Part shown: positions 10,651 through 20,652 of the stretch, in pieces
How positions within the stretch are numbered: position 1 is the stretch's first letter
Layout of the letters: each line of letters begins with the position of its first letter
From: Vulcanimicrobiota bacterium
GTDB taxonomy: Bacteria > Vulcanimicrobiota > Xenobia > Xenobiales > JADMJV01
Length of the DNA stretch: 64,000 nucleotides
Direction: 5' to 3'
NCBI GenBank assembly: GCA_050250895.1
Contig: JBFWNU010000012.1
Location: 48,391-112,390, forward strand
Made by a program: the position numbers and the translations under genes
Notes under the pieces: model-generated
Told to the model about the DNA's origin: nothing
Database searches by the model: none
The model's input: the letters and a program-made list of their open reading frames with translations, nothing else

Positions 10651-11837
10651 TGTTCGTCCCTTTTCTTTACGAACTACGGTCGCGCGGGGTGCCGGTCGGG
10701 ACTCAAGAGGCCGTGGCCCTGGCCGAGGCTCTCAAAAAAGGGCTTCACCAGAGTTCGCTGGACGGCTTCTACCACATCTCCAGGGCCCTGATGGTCCACT
10801 CGGAGGCTCATCTGGACGCCTTCGACCAGGCTTTCTTGCATCACTTTCATGGGGTCGAACTGGCCGCCACGGCCCTCCATCAGGACCTGCTCGACTGGCT
10901 TCGCGACGCCCTCGATCGCATTCCAGAGCTGACCCCCGAAGAGAAGGTCTTATTCGACCTGCTCGACTTCGACGAACTCAAGAAGATGTTCGATGAACGT
11001 CTCGACGAGCAGAACGAGCGCCACGACGGAGGCGATCGCTTCATCGGCACCGGCGGTAAATCGCCTTTCGGCCACAGTGGAGCCCCGCGACCCGGCTTTC
11101 GTATCGGCGGCCGCTCGCGCAACCGGCGAGCCATGCAGGTGGCCGAGCAACGCAATTTTCGCGACTATCGCAGCGACCGCATCCTCGACGTGCGCCAGTA
11201 TGCGGTGGCCTTGCGCAAGCTGCGCACCTTCGGTCGCGAGGGCAACGAGGAAGAACTCGACATCGACAAAACCATTTCGGCGACCGCCGACAACGCCGGC
11301 GAACTCGAGATCGTCACCCGCCCGCCGCGGCGCTCCAATGTGCGGGTCATCCTCATGATGGATGTGGGCGGCACGATGGATCCTTTCACCCAGCAAGTCG
11401 AACAGCTCTTCTCGGCGGCCGCCAAAGCCACTCACTTCAAGGAGTTCCACGCCTTCTACTTTCACAACTGCGTCTACGACTCGGTCTACAAGACGGCCCG
11501 TTTTCGCAATCCCGTGCCTGTCGACGAGATCCTGGCCCGCTACGGCAAGCACTACAAGCTGATCATGGTGGGGGATGCGATGATGGCGCCGTATGAGCTG
11601 GTCGCTCCCAAGGGCGCGCTGTTCTTCGGCTACGAGGGCAAACGCTCGGGACTAGAATGGCTACAGGCCCTAACCGACCATTTCCGCAAAGCCATCTGGC
11701 TCAATCCCGAGCCTCCTCGCTATTGGAGCGGCCGCACCCTGCACGAAATCCAGAAACTCTTCCCCATGTTCCCCCTCACCCTGGAAGGCCTCGACCAGGG
11801 CATCGCCCACCTGGTAAAGGGAAGAGGGCGGGCCTAA
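10650..11837 (+). CDS. VWA-domain (CoxE-like) partner of MoxR
   Basis: Start overlaps the MoxR stop; IGTGGKSPFG, MDVGGTMDP, YFHNC, WLNP. Confidence 0.88.
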   Translation: MFVPFLYELRSRGVPVGTQEAVALAEALKKGLHQSSLDGFYHISRALMVHSEAHLDAFDQAFLHHFHGVELAATALHQDLLDWLRDALDRIPELTPEEKVLFDLLDFDELKKMFDERLDEQNERHDGGDRFIGTGGKSPFGHSGAPRPGFRIGGRSRNRRAMQVAEQRNFRDYRSDRILDVRQYAVALRKLRTFGREGNEEELDIDKTISATADNAGELEIVTRPPRRSNVRVILMMDVGGTMDPFTQQVEQLFSAAAKATHFKEFHAFYFHNCVYDSVYKTARFRNPVPVDEILARYGKHYKLIMVGDAMMAPYELVAPKGALFFGYEGKRSGLEWLQALTDHFRKAIWLNPEPPRYWSGRTLHEIQKLFPMFPLTLEGLDQGIAHLVKGRGRA

Positions 11838-11854
11838 CAACTACCGTCTGAAGA

Positions 11855-13438
11855 CTACCCCCACAAGGGCAGTTTGAGCTGGCCGTTGTCGTCGGGCTGC
11901 TTGTTGCGCTGGATGGCCAGGCTGAGGGCTCGGTCGGGATTGATCATGCCGGCGCCCTGGCTTTCGCTGCGATAGGCGGGCATCGGGGTAGCGCTGTCGC
12001 GCAGGATTTCTTTGACTTCGGCGGGCGTAAGGTGGGGGTTGGCTTCGAGCATCTCGGCCACCACGCCGGCCACGATGGGAGCAGCCATCGAGGTGCCGGG
12101 CATGCCGATGTAGTCGGTCTCGACCATGGGCAGGCGCTCGGTGGCCTCGAGCAGGTGATCAAGTTCCTGGCGGGCGTGGCTGGGGCTCTTGTGAAAGCGC
12201 ACGATCGAACTGCCGTTGAGGCCGATCATTCGCAGAGTCGGGGCCGGCACGTTGACTAGCTCGGAATCGGGCATCTTCTGCAGCCAGTCGAGGGTGCGGT
12301 GCACATCGGTGTATTTACGGGCGGTGGCCTCGAGCACCGAGTTGGGGGCGTTGGGGCCGATAATGCCTTCGCCCGGGGCTACCAGGTCGGGCTTGGAACT
12401 GCCCGCCTCGCCTCGACTCGAAAACGACGGGATCCGGTCGTCGGAGCGGTCAGGGGTGTTGCGGTCGTCGACAGCGCCGACGGTGATGACCGAGGGGCTG
12501 TCGCCGGGGCTCGAGATGGTGCCCAGTTCTGGACCCTGGTTGCCGGCCGAGACCACCACCACGATGCCCTCTTCGACGGCTCTTTCCACGGCCTTGCGAA
12601 TGGGGTCGTTGGTCGAGCGGGCCGAGGTGTCGCCGGTGCCTAGAGAAAGATTAATGACGCGAATGTTATACCGTGCCTTGTTCTCGACCGCCCAGTTCAG
12701 GCCCTGAAGGATGCGCGAGGTGCTGCCGCGGCCACTCTTGTCGAGCACTTTGACGCCGATCAGGTTGGCGTCGGGGGCGGTGCCCCGGTGGATCCCACCC
12801 GAGAGAAAGCCCGAGCCGGCGGCGTCGCCGGCCACGTGGGTGCCGTGGCCGTTGTCGTCGTAAGGTACCGATTTGCCATTCACGAAGTCTTGAAAGGCCA
12901 CAATGCGCTGATGGGGGTAGGCCAGGTCGGGATGAGGATAAATGCCGGTGTCGATGACGGCGATGCCCACTCCTTTGCCGGTGTAGGTTTGGGTTAGCGG
13001 GGTGAGAAATCGCGGGTTCTCGAGGGGTTGCCGGGGACCTGGCGGGGGGGCGACCGGACCGTCGGCCGATCGTTGCTGCTTGCGCTCCCACGGCTCGGGA
13101 TGAAGAAACGTCTCTTCGTCGTTGGGGATGGCTTCGAAGCCGGCCTTTTCGGCCAGTTCGCGATTAGCCTGGTTCATGACGGCGGTAAAGCCTTTGACCA
13201 GGGGAATCTGTTCGTCGACCACGATGTTGAGTCGGGCCAGCCGGGCGGCCAGTCCTTCGGGGCCGACCGATTGCAGCGCCTCGGGGCTGGGGACCAGCAG
13301 GTAGGGGTCCTGGCGCTCGTCGGTGCCCTCGACCAGATTGGCCGAAAAAATGGGCTCATTCAGGGGGAGGTCCATCTGGCGCTCGACCCGGCGGGGAGCG
13401 AACAAGTGGCGTTGCGATTGGATGGAGCCTACGAGCAC
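11855..13438 (-). CDS. S8 subtilisin-like serine peptidase (AprX-like, no signal peptide)
   Basis: Catalytic triad motifs VIDTG, HGTHVAG, GTSMAAP; GTG start at 13438 after the SD-like AAAGGA. Confidence 0.9.
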   Translation of the reverse strand: MLVGSIQSQRHLFAPRRVERQMDLPLNEPIFSANLVEGTDERQDPYLLVPSPEALQSVGPEGLAARLARLNIVVDEQIPLVKGFTAVMNQANRELAEKAGFEAIPNDEETFLHPEPWERKQQRSADGPVAPPPGPRQPLENPRFLTPLTQTYTGKGVGIAVIDTGIYPHPDLAYPHQRIVAFQDFVNGKSVPYDDNGHGTHVAGDAAGSGFLSGGIHRGTAPDANLIGVKVLDKSGRGSTSRILQGLNWAVENKARYNIRVINLSLGTGDTSARSTNDPIRKAVERAVEEGIVVVVSAGNQGPELGTISSPGDSPSVITVGAVDDRNTPDRSDDRIPSFSSRGEAGSSKPDLVAPGEGIIGPNAPNSVLEATARKYTDVHRTLDWLQKMPDSELVNVPAPTLRMIGLNGSSIVRFHKSPSHARQELDHLLEATERLPMVETDYIGMPGTSMAAPIVAGVVAEMLEANPHLTPAEVKEILRDSATPMPAYRSESQGAGMINPDRALSLAIQRNKQPDDNGQLKLPLWG

Positions 13439-13512
13439 CTGAAGTCCTTTCTCCCCCTCGAGCAATTTCCACGATGCTAACAAGCGGGCCGAGAAGGGAT
13501 GTTGCCACTTTG

Positions 13513-14727
13513 TTAAACTGGCGCTTCGGGGTCTTCTAAGGGGCTGTCCTCATCGGGCTCTGGTGAGGGGGGCTGGGGCGGAGCAGGCATGGGCAGGCAC
13601 AGTTCTTCGGGGGCCAATTTCCAGACGCTGGCAAGCTCGCGAAAGCGCTCCCGCACCATCTGGAGATCTTCAGTGACGGCGGCCAGAAAGCGGTGGCGGG
13701 CCTGCAGCAGGTCGCCCTGTAAGAGCCGGCACTGACCGTAGCCGTAGCTGGCTTCGAACAGCTTCTCGAAGCGCTTGAGAGCCTCGCCGAAATAGGTTTC
13801 GGCCGCCGGCAGATGGCCCAGCAGCTGCTCGCTGCGACCCAGATAGTAGAATACGTAGGGGTTAGGACCATCGCGCTTCCACGAGTCGAGCAACAGCTCG
13901 GAGGCCTCCGCCAGACGATCCCGCAGGTAGGGCTCGGACTCTTTTGGCCGCGAAGAGAACAACAAGCTCTCGGCCAGGTGGAAAGCGCCCCGGAACATGT
14001 GAGGGTCCAGAGTGTGGGCTTTGCGCTGGTACTCGATGGCTTGCTCGCAGAGTTCGACGCGTTGCTCAGGGTCGCGTTGGCGCATCGCCTTTTCGAGGCG
14101 GCTCTGGCCGCGTCGCTGGCTGCCCATGGCTTGGAGCGAAGGAACGAAGTTCGCCAGGGCCTCGACCAGGCCCGGCTCCGCGAGAGTGGGGCGAGCTTCG
14201 AGTTCTTCCTCGCTGAGAGCCTCGCGGTAAAACAGTTGGGGAATGTCCCGGGGCAAGAGGGCCAGTTCGGTTTCCACCACCAGGCGGCCCAGCAGGGCGT
14301 TGCATGCGATCAGTTCCGCAGGGTGGGCGCCCTCGACCAGACCCAGGTGGTGGCAAACCTCGCCGATGTTTTTGTCTTTGAGACTAAGAAAGGCTCGCAG
14401 GCAGGGCAGTTGCTGGTTGCGAGGCTCGAGTTGGGCGGCCCGCTCGACACTTGCTCGGGCTGCCTCGAGGTCGTCGAGGTCGGCCAGGGCCAGGCTCTTG
14501 AAGATGGGCGCGGCCGGGTTTTCGGGGGCCCGCTCGAGAGCTCGCTCGAAGTCTGCCAGGGCCTCTTCGGCTCGCCCTAGATCGAGATAAACCAGGCCGC
14601 GCTGCAGGCAGGGTCCCGGATGGTCCGCCAGGCCACTGACGGCCTCGGCGAACAGCTCCAAAGCCTGTTCGGGGTCGCCTCGACGGGCCAGGTTCTGGGC
14701 TCGAGCGAGCACACTCCAGGTTGCCAT
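13513..14727 (-). CDS. Tetratricopeptide-repeat protein
   Basis: Repeated TPR-like helices (e.g. RGLVYLDLGRAEEALADFERALERAP); start inferred. Confidence 0.8.
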   Translation of the reverse strand: MATWSVLARAQNLARRGDPEQALELFAEAVSGLADHPGPCLQRGLVYLDLGRAEEALADFERALERAPENPAAPIFKSLALADLDDLEAARASVERAAQLEPRNQQLPCLRAFLSLKDKNIGEVCHHLGLVEGAHPAELIACNALLGRLVVETELALLPRDIPQLFYREALSEEELEARPTLAEPGLVEALANFVPSLQAMGSQRRGQSRLEKAMRQRDPEQRVELCEQAIEYQRKAHTLDPHMFRGAFHLAESLLFSSRPKESEPYLRDRLAEASELLLDSWKRDGPNPYVFYYLGRSEQLLGHLPAAETYFGEALKRFEKLFEASYGYGQCRLLQGDLLQARHRFLAAVTEDLQMVRERFRELASVWKLAPEELCLPMPAPPQPPSPEPDEDSPLEDPEAPV

Positions 14728-14764
14728 GCTCTTAGGATGCCTCGTGGCAGCGAGAATTTCCTGG

Positions 14765-14796
14765 TTCAAGTTCTTTTCAGGGCGATGAAGTAGTCT
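14765..14796 (+). promoter_or_regulatory. TTCAG-box promoter of the SecA-like gene
   Basis: TTCAA-GTTCTT-TTCAG-GGCGATGAAG-TAGTCT; same spacing as four other copies. Confidence 0.65.
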
Positions 14797-14923
14797 CGAC
14801 GGGTCGAGGGTTAGCACGCTTGTGAGACCAGCTGCAGAGGCTGATCGCAGTGGCCTGCTTTGGTGGCGTGTTAACATTTTGGCAATAAAGGTATGCAGAC
14901 TTTCATGCTAGGATTAGGGCACT

Positions 14924-17900
14924 ATGGGCCAATTTGTGTCTCCGCTCGGAGCTCAGCTTAAAACTCCTCCCGTGGCCAAGGCTAACGGCACCCCGCGAAG
15001 AGAGGACAGCGACCAGGCACTTCCGGTCGAGAGCTTCGAAGCCAGCCAACCGCAACCCCAGGCCCGACCCGCCGAGACCGCTCGCGTGGCTCCTGAGCCC
15101 GAGCCCAGGGCAACCGAGACGTTTCTCGAGCGTCCCACGACGCCAGCGCAACCACCGAACACCCCCACCACCATTCCGGTGTTCGAGCAACCTGTTTCCG
15201 AAGAGGTCCAAGCCGTCACCGGCTCTGGCGGCGAGAGTTTGGCCGAGGTGGCCAAGCGCGTGGCCGCCGAAGTCGATCGAGCCGAGGCCGCCAAAGCCAG
15301 CCAGCCTACCGCCGCGACCACTTCCACCGAGCTTCCCAAGGCCGAGTCTGCCAAGCGGGCCGAACTGGCCTCGAACATTCGCACCCATCGCAGCGTCGGC
15401 AGCGCTCTGCTGCACTTCGTGACCGGTGACCCCCTCAAGGTTTACAAGAAAGAGCTCGATGCCATCAACAAGGCCGAGGCCATGGCTGCCAAGCTCACGA
15501 CGCCGGCCGAATTCCAGGCCAAAACGGCCGAGTTCAAGCAACGGCTGGCCAACGGCGAAACCCTCGAAGACCTGCGGGTCGAGGCCTACGCGGTGGCTCG
15601 CGAAGCCTGCAAGCAGGCCACCGGTATGCGGCCCTACGATTGTCAGATCGTGGGCGGTCTGGCCACCGACTCCGGCCGCATCGCCGAGATGGCGACCGGC
15701 GAGGGCAAGACCCTGATGGCCGTCATGCCGCTCTACCTGAATGCTCTGGCCGGCAAGGGCGCCCATCTGGTCACGGTCAACGACACTCTGGCTGCTCGCG
15801 ACGCCGAGTGGATGGGCCCTGCCTACAAGTTGCTCGGGGTTAGCGTGGGCACCGTGCTTGAAGGCATGACCCCCGAAGATAAACGAGCCGGCTACAACGC
15901 CGACATCACCTACACCACCGACCGCACCATCGGCTTTGATTATCTGCGCGACCGCACCGTTCGCAACCCTGCCCAGAGAGTGCAGCGCGAGCCCTTCTTC
16001 GCCCTCATTGACGAGGTGGACGAGGTGCTGATCGACGAGGCTCGCACCCCACTCATCATTTCGGCTCAGGGTGAACCGGCCGCCGACGAGTATCGCACCT
16101 TCAGCGAGATTGTCGACCACCTGACCCCGGGTGAAGACTTCTACGTCGACCGCAAGCAGCACTCGGCCTGGCTGAGCGAGACCGGTCTTGACAACGTCGA
16201 GAACGAACTGGCCTTGCGCCAGGCTCAAGCCACCTACAACCAGGCTGTGCAAGAGCACGGCGAGTCGTCGCCCCAGGCCACCGAGGCCAAACAGTGGATC
16301 GACAACGCCACCAGGATGCGAGATGCTATCAAGGCGGAAGGGGCCGCCTACAAGGTCCACCAGGACTATCTCGAGAAGAAGCCTGGCTGGTTCAAGCGCA
16401 TCTTCAACTTCGTCACCGGCAAGCAGGCCGAAGGCTACGACAAAGCCACCGAAAAAGAACTCAAGGCCAGCTACGAAGCGGCCAAAGACGCCCACGAAGA
16501 GCTCAAAGGCAGCTTCCCCGAGTATCAGCTCTATTCTGAGGATAACGCCGGTCGAGTGCGATTTCTCGACGCCAGCCTCAAAGCCCGCGCTCTGTTCACC
16601 GATGAAGACGACTATATCGTCGAGAACGGCGAGGTCAAGATCGTCGACGAGAACAAGGGCCGCACCTCCGACGGGCGTCGCTACAACGATGGGCTGCACC
16701 AGGCTCTAGAGGCTCGCGAAGGGGTCGAGATCAAGCCCGAGCAACGGGCGGTGGCCTCGATCACCTATCCCAACCTGTTCAAGAAATACCCGCGGTTGGC
16801 CGGCATGAGCGGAACCGCCGCCACCTCGGCCGGCGAGTTCGAGAAGCTCTACGACCTTTCGGTGGTCCAGATTCCTACCAACTTGCAGTTCGAGACCAAT
16901 CCGGCCGACCCGACCGCCGCTCCGCGCCACAACCGTATCGACGAGGCCGATGTCATCTATCCCTCGTTGAAAGCCAAGTTCGATGGCGTGGTCCAAGAGG
17001 CGGTCAAGAATTTCGAAGAGGGCGTCCCGATTCTGATCGGAACGCTTTCGGTCAAGGCCAATAAGTATGTGGCCTATCAACTGGTCAAGGCCGGCGTGCC
17101 CAAAGACGCCATCCAGGTGCTCAACGCCGAAAGCGTGCGCGGCGATAAGCAAGCCGAGAACGAGATCATCGAGAAGGCAGGCATTTCGGGCATGGTCACG
17201 GTGGCCACCAATATGGCCGGCCGGGGCGCCAACATCAAGCCCGACCTGACCAACTACAAAAAGATCGCCATGGCGGCTATCGACGCCGCCAACGGCCAGA
17301 GCAAGCCCGTCATCGTGCACATGAAGAACGCCAAAGAGGCCCAGCGCCTGGCTGAGTGGCTCGACAACCGGGCTTCCTATGCAGTGGCCGACCAGCCTCA
17401 AGACGTGCTGCCCGGTCCCGGTCAGGTCTTGATCCGCGCCGGTCACGAGGGCCCGGTGCCCGAGGGTGCGACCCTGCTCGATTATCACGATTATCCCACC
17501 GGCGGTCTTTACGTCATCGGCACCGAGCGAGCCAATTCGCGCCGCATCGACGATCAGTTGATCGGTCGCTCGGCCCGCCAGGGTGCGCCCGGCCGTAGCA
17601 AGTTCTTCCTCAGCCTGCAAGACGACCTCTTGCGCGTGTTCGGCGGCGAAAATCTGTCGCCGTTACTCGACCTTTTCGGTGACTCGTCCAAGGGAGTTCA
17701 ATCGAATCTGGCCGACAAACTGGTGGCCCAGGCCCAGTCTCGGGTCGAGTCGATGCACTTCGAGGTGCGTGACAACACCACCAAATACGACGAGGTGCTC
17801 AACAAGCAACGCGACACCTTTTATGCTTACCGCGACTCGATTCTGGGTCCGGCCCCGGGTCAGGAAGGCGAACAAGCCGACGTCAAAGGCCTGATGCTCA

Positions 17901-18508
17901 GTTACGCCGTCAACTCGATCACCGATGAGGTGCTCGAGCATCTACCCAAGCACCGCAATCAAACCCCCGAAGATGTCCGCAAGGCTCTGACCGAGGTTTC
18001 GGCCAAATACAACTTCCCCCTCGAAGACCTCAATGTCTTCGGCAAGATCAAGACCTCTGAACTCGAGACCCAGGTGGCGAGCTACGTCGAAGACAAGGTG
18101 ACTTCGGCGATGGGTGTGTTCGAAGAGCACGGGCTCAAGCTCGAGGATGGAGCCCGAGTCGGCATGTTGACCATTCTCGACACCAACTGGACCGACCATC
18201 TCGAAATCATGGAAGCGCTCAAGGATGGTATCCAGTGGGAGTCCATCGCCGGGCGCAAACCCGAGGATGCCTTCATCGAGCGAGGCTTCGAGGTCTTCAA
18301 AGAGATGATTACCAATATCGAGCGCAGTTGCACCTCCCAACTGGTTTCTGAACTGTTGGCCGGCGCCGATATGATCAAAAAGGGTGTCATCAAGGTGCCA
18401 CCCGTCCAGCGGCCGGCACCCCAGTCGGGCCTCACCCAGACCTGGGCGCGCGACGACGACGGCAAGATGCGAGCCGAGTGGAAGGCCGAGGGAGCCGCCA
18501 CCCATTAG
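14924..18508 (+). CDS. Atypical SecA-family translocase ATPase paralog
   Basis: MATGEGKT, VTVNDTLA, FDYLRD, IDEVDEVLIDEARTPLIIS, GLHQALEAREG, ATNMAGRG. It has a long Pro/Ala/Glu-rich N-terminal extension and no SEC-C zinc finger. Confidence 0.9.
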   Translation: MGQFVSPLGAQLKTPPVAKANGTPRREDSDQALPVESFEASQPQPQARPAETARVAPEPEPRATETFLERPTTPAQPPNTPTTIPVFEQPVSEEVQAVTGSGGESLAEVAKRVAAEVDRAEAAKASQPTAATTSTELPKAESAKRAELASNIRTHRSVGSALLHFVTGDPLKVYKKELDAINKAEAMAAKLTTPAEFQAKTAEFKQRLANGETLEDLRVEAYAVAREACKQATGMRPYDCQIVGGLATDSGRIAEMATGEGKTLMAVMPLYLNALAGKGAHLVTVNDTLAARDAEWMGPAYKLLGVSVGTVLEGMTPEDKRAGYNADITYTTDRTIGFDYLRDRTVRNPAQRVQREPFFALIDEVDEVLIDEARTPLIISAQGEPAADEYRTFSEIVDHLTPGEDFYVDRKQHSAWLSETGLDNVENELALRQAQATYNQAVQEHGESSPQATEAKQWIDNATRMRDAIKAEGAAYKVHQDYLEKKPGWFKRIFNFVTGKQAEGYDKATEKELKASYEAAKDAHEELKGSFPEYQLYSEDNAGRVRFLDASLKARALFTDEDDYIVENGEVKIVDENKGRTSDGRRYNDGLHQALEAREGVEIKPEQRAVASITYPNLFKKYPRLAGMSGTAATSAGEFEKLYDLSVVQIPTNLQFETNPADPTAAPRHNRIDEADVIYPSLKAKFDGVVQEAVKNFEEGVPILIGTLSVKANKYVAYQLVKAGVPKDAIQVLNAESVRGDKQAENEIIEKAGISGMVTVATNMAGRGANIKPDLTNYKKIAMAAIDAANGQSKPVIVHMKNAKEAQRLAEWLDNRASYAVADQPQDVLPGPGQVLIRAGHEGPVPEGATLLDYHDYPTGGLYVIGTERANSRRIDDQLIGRSARQGAPGRSKFFLSLQDDLLRVFGGENLSPLLDLFGDSSKGVQSNLADKLVAQAQSRVESMHFEVRDNTTKYDEVLNKQRDTFYAYRDSILGPAPGQEGEQADVKGLMLSYAVNSITDEVLEHLPKHRNQTPEDVRKALTEVSAKYNFPLEDLNVFGKIKTSELETQVASYVEDKVTSAMGVFEEHGLKLEDGARVGMLTILDTNWTDHLEIMEALKDGIQWESIAGRKPEDAFIERGFEVFKEMITNIERSCTSQLVSELLAGADMIKKGVIKVPPVQRPAPQSGLTQTWARDDDGKMRAEWKAEGAATH

Positions 18509-18911
18509 CATCGTTTCCTCCGAGCAGGAGGGGTTCGCCGAGATCAACGTCACGCCCCTGACTGACGTGTTGTTGGTCCTGCTGATCATCTTCTTGATCA
18601 CGGCCGGAGGATTGACCGCGCCCCGCCATGGGGTGAAGGTACCGGAAGTGGTCACCCGCACCCAGGCCGAGAAGAGCATGGTGATCGTCGACATCACGGC
18701 CGATGGTCGTATCTTTCTCGGCTCCGACGAACTCTCGCCGCGACTGCTCGAAGGGCGCCTGACCCTCGAGCAAGAGTTGCGCCAGACCGATCGGGTGGTC
18801 ATTAACGCCGATCAGGACACGGCCTACGCGGTGGTGTCCGAGGTCTTGCGGGCCGCGGATCGGGTCGGTTTGCACAAGATCTCGCTAGCCACCAGGCTGG
18901 TCAAGCCATGA
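18504..18911 (+). CDS. ExbD/TolR family protein (probable ATT start)
   Basis: EINVTPLTDVLLVLLIIFLI TM motif and VVINADQDTAY; no canonical start near the motif. Confidence 0.82.
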   Translation: MSIVSSEQEGFAEINVTPLTDVLLVLLIIFLITAGGLTAPRHGVKVPEVVTRTQAEKSMVIVDITADGRIFLGSDELSPRLLEGRLTLEQELRQTDRVVINADQDTAYAVVSEVLRAADRVGLHKISLATRLVKP

Positions 18912-19321
18912 GGCGCCGCCGCGGGGTCAGCCCCCCCGAGAGTGAACCGACCATGGCGGCCATCAACATCACGCCCTTGACCGATGTGCTCCTGGTCTTG
19001 TTGATTATCTTTCTGGTGGCTGCCACCGCCGCCCACCAGAACGTCTTCCAACTGGATCTCGCGGGTGAAGTCGCCAGTGTCGAGGTCTCGGACGCGAGGG
19101 TGGCGGTAGTGGGCATTCTGGCCGACGGTTCGCTGCGCCATGAGGGGCAGGCGTCGAGCCTGGAAGAACTGGCGGCTCGCCTAGGGTCTGATGAGCAGGT
19201 GGTGCTCGAGCCCGTGCCCGAGGCCCGTTATGGGCGCCTGGTCGAGGTGATGGATTGGCTCCGCAGCCGCGGCTTCGAGAAGGTTAGCCTGGCACAGGCA
19301 CGCGAGGCTGAGTCCCGATGA
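18908..19321 (+). CDS. ExbD/TolR family protein
   Basis: INITPLTDVLLVLLIIFLV; ATGA overlap with the upstream gene. Confidence 0.85.
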   Translation: MRRRRGVSPPESEPTMAAINITPLTDVLLVLLIIFLVAATAAHQNVFQLDLAGEVASVEVSDARVAVVGILADGSLRHEGQASSLEELAARLGSDEQVVLEPVPEARYGRLVEVMDWLRSRGFEKVSLAQAREAESR

Positions 19322-19667
19322 AATCGGCTAAAAGCTGAAATTCGGAAGGCGGCAGGCGATAGAAGTCGAGTTCGGTCAGATAGGTTCCGTCGGCCTGGGC
19401 TCTGCAGTCTATCACGGTAGCGTCGACCTCGAAGGTGGGGATAGCGTCGTCTTCGATGTCGACCATCACGCCGATGACGGTGCCGCTCTCGATCGGCTCG
19501 GGCAGGAGCACGGTGGCCCCGCTGACAGAGACATCACGGGCCTGGCATCGAAAACCGGGAAGCTCGGCGGAGATGATCGAGACCTGGGGGGGCGCGGGGG
19601 GGACTGGCTGACGGCCGACCTCCTCTCGGGAGGTGCCGTGAATCATCTTCTTCAGCCAACCGAACAT
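19284..19667 (-). CDS. PilZ-like domain protein
   Basis: RDVSVSGA (D/NxSxxG) with a beta-barrel pattern; no clear RxxxR motif. Confidence 0.65.
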   Translation of the reverse strand: MFGWLKKMIHGTSREEVGRQPVPPAPPQVSIISAELPGFRCQARDVSVSGATVLLPEPIESGTVIGVMVDIEDDAIPTFEVDATVIDCRAQADGTYLTELDFYRLPPSEFQLLADFIGTQPRVPVPG

Positions 19668-19801
19668 ACCCCAATCATATCCATTCGAGCCGGGCGCGGG
19701 TAAGAACCGGGTATACTAGCGCCCCCCGGTAGGAAGTTACTAAGCAGAAATCGATCTTGTGTTCGCTTTTAGGCAGGGAGCCCCCATGTTGAAAAGAATT
19801 C

Positions 19802-20614
19802 GTGAGAATGCGCCTCCTGCATGGAGATTGCCTCAAGTTGCTGCCGACCTTCGCTCCCGACAGCGTGGATGTAGTGGTCACTTCGCCACCCTATAACCTG
19901 GGCATCGGGTATTCGCTCTATGACGACACGCTCGGCCGCGACGAGTATCTGGATTGGCTCAGCCAGTGGGCTCGAGAGATCCATCGAGTGCTCAAGCCGG
20001 ATGGATCGCTCTTTCTCAACATCGGCGGCAAGCCTTCGGACCCCTGGGTCCCCTTCGAGGTGGCCGGCCGCATGCGCGAGGTCTTTAGCCTGCAAAACGT
20101 GATTCACTGGGTGAAATCGATCGCCATCGACAAACGTGACGTGGGCAATTACGGCAAGATTCAAGAGGACGTGGCCGTGGGGCACTACAAGCCGATCAAC
20201 AGTCGCCGCTTTGTGAACGACTGCCACGAATATGTCTTCCACCTGACCAAGCGCGGAGATGTGAGCCTGGACCGTCTCTCGGTCGGCGTAGAATACCAGG
20301 ACCGCTCTAACGTATCTCGCTGGGCCCAGGCCGGCCAGGGGCGGCGCTGTCGTGGCAATACCTGGTTCGTGCCCTATCGTACCATCAAGTGGCGCGACCG
20401 TGACCGTCCCCACCCGGCCACCTTTCCCGTCGAGCTAGCCCGTAAGTGCATCCTGCTCCACGGCGTGGAACAGAACATGTTGGTGATGGACCCGTTTCTG
20501 GGCATCGGCCACGCTGCTTTGGCGGCCCGCGAACTGGGCGTCGACTTCGTCGGCATCGAGATCGACCCCCACTATCTCGAAGTGGCCCGAGGGCTGTTGA
20601 CCGAGGCCGTCTAG
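19802..20614 (+). CDS. Orphan N4-C/N6-A DNA methyltransferase (beta class)
   Basis: GDCL, TSPPYN, HPATFP, DPFLGIG, GIEID. Confidence 0.9.
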   Translation: MRMRLLHGDCLKLLPTFAPDSVDVVVTSPPYNLGIGYSLYDDTLGRDEYLDWLSQWAREIHRVLKPDGSLFLNIGGKPSDPWVPFEVAGRMREVFSLQNVIHWVKSIAIDKRDVGNYGKIQEDVAVGHYKPINSRRFVNDCHEYVFHLTKRGDVSLDRLSVGVEYQDRSNVSRWAQAGQGRRCRGNTWFVPYRTIKWRDRDRPHPATFPVELARKCILLHGVEQNMLVMDPFLGIGHAALAARELGVDFVGIEIDPHYLEVARGLLTEAV

Positions 20615-20646
20615 TTCAAGAATCTTTCAGCTCTTGCCGTTAGGCT
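20615..20646 (+). promoter_or_regulatory. TTCAG-box promoter, probably leaderless, of the endonuclease gene
   Basis: TTCAA-GAATCT-TTCAG-CTCTTGCCGT-TAGGCT; GTG start follows after 6 nt. Confidence 0.7.
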
Positions 20647-20652
20647 AAGAGG

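Noticed and set aside
9811-11837. MoxR-VWA pair as a novel system
   Set aside because: A widespread, well-known chaperone-like module with no unusual features seen here.
13426-13443. TTCAG...TAGGCT near the S8 peptidase start as another TTCAG box
   Set aside because: The spacing is 7 instead of 10, there is no second repeat, and TAGGCT lies inside the probable coding start.
14903-17620. Long antisense ORFs (598 aa and 304 aa) opposite the SecA-like gene
   Set aside because: Typical shadow ORFs of high-GC codon usage with no recognisable motifs; the same applies to most other overlapping ORFs in the track.
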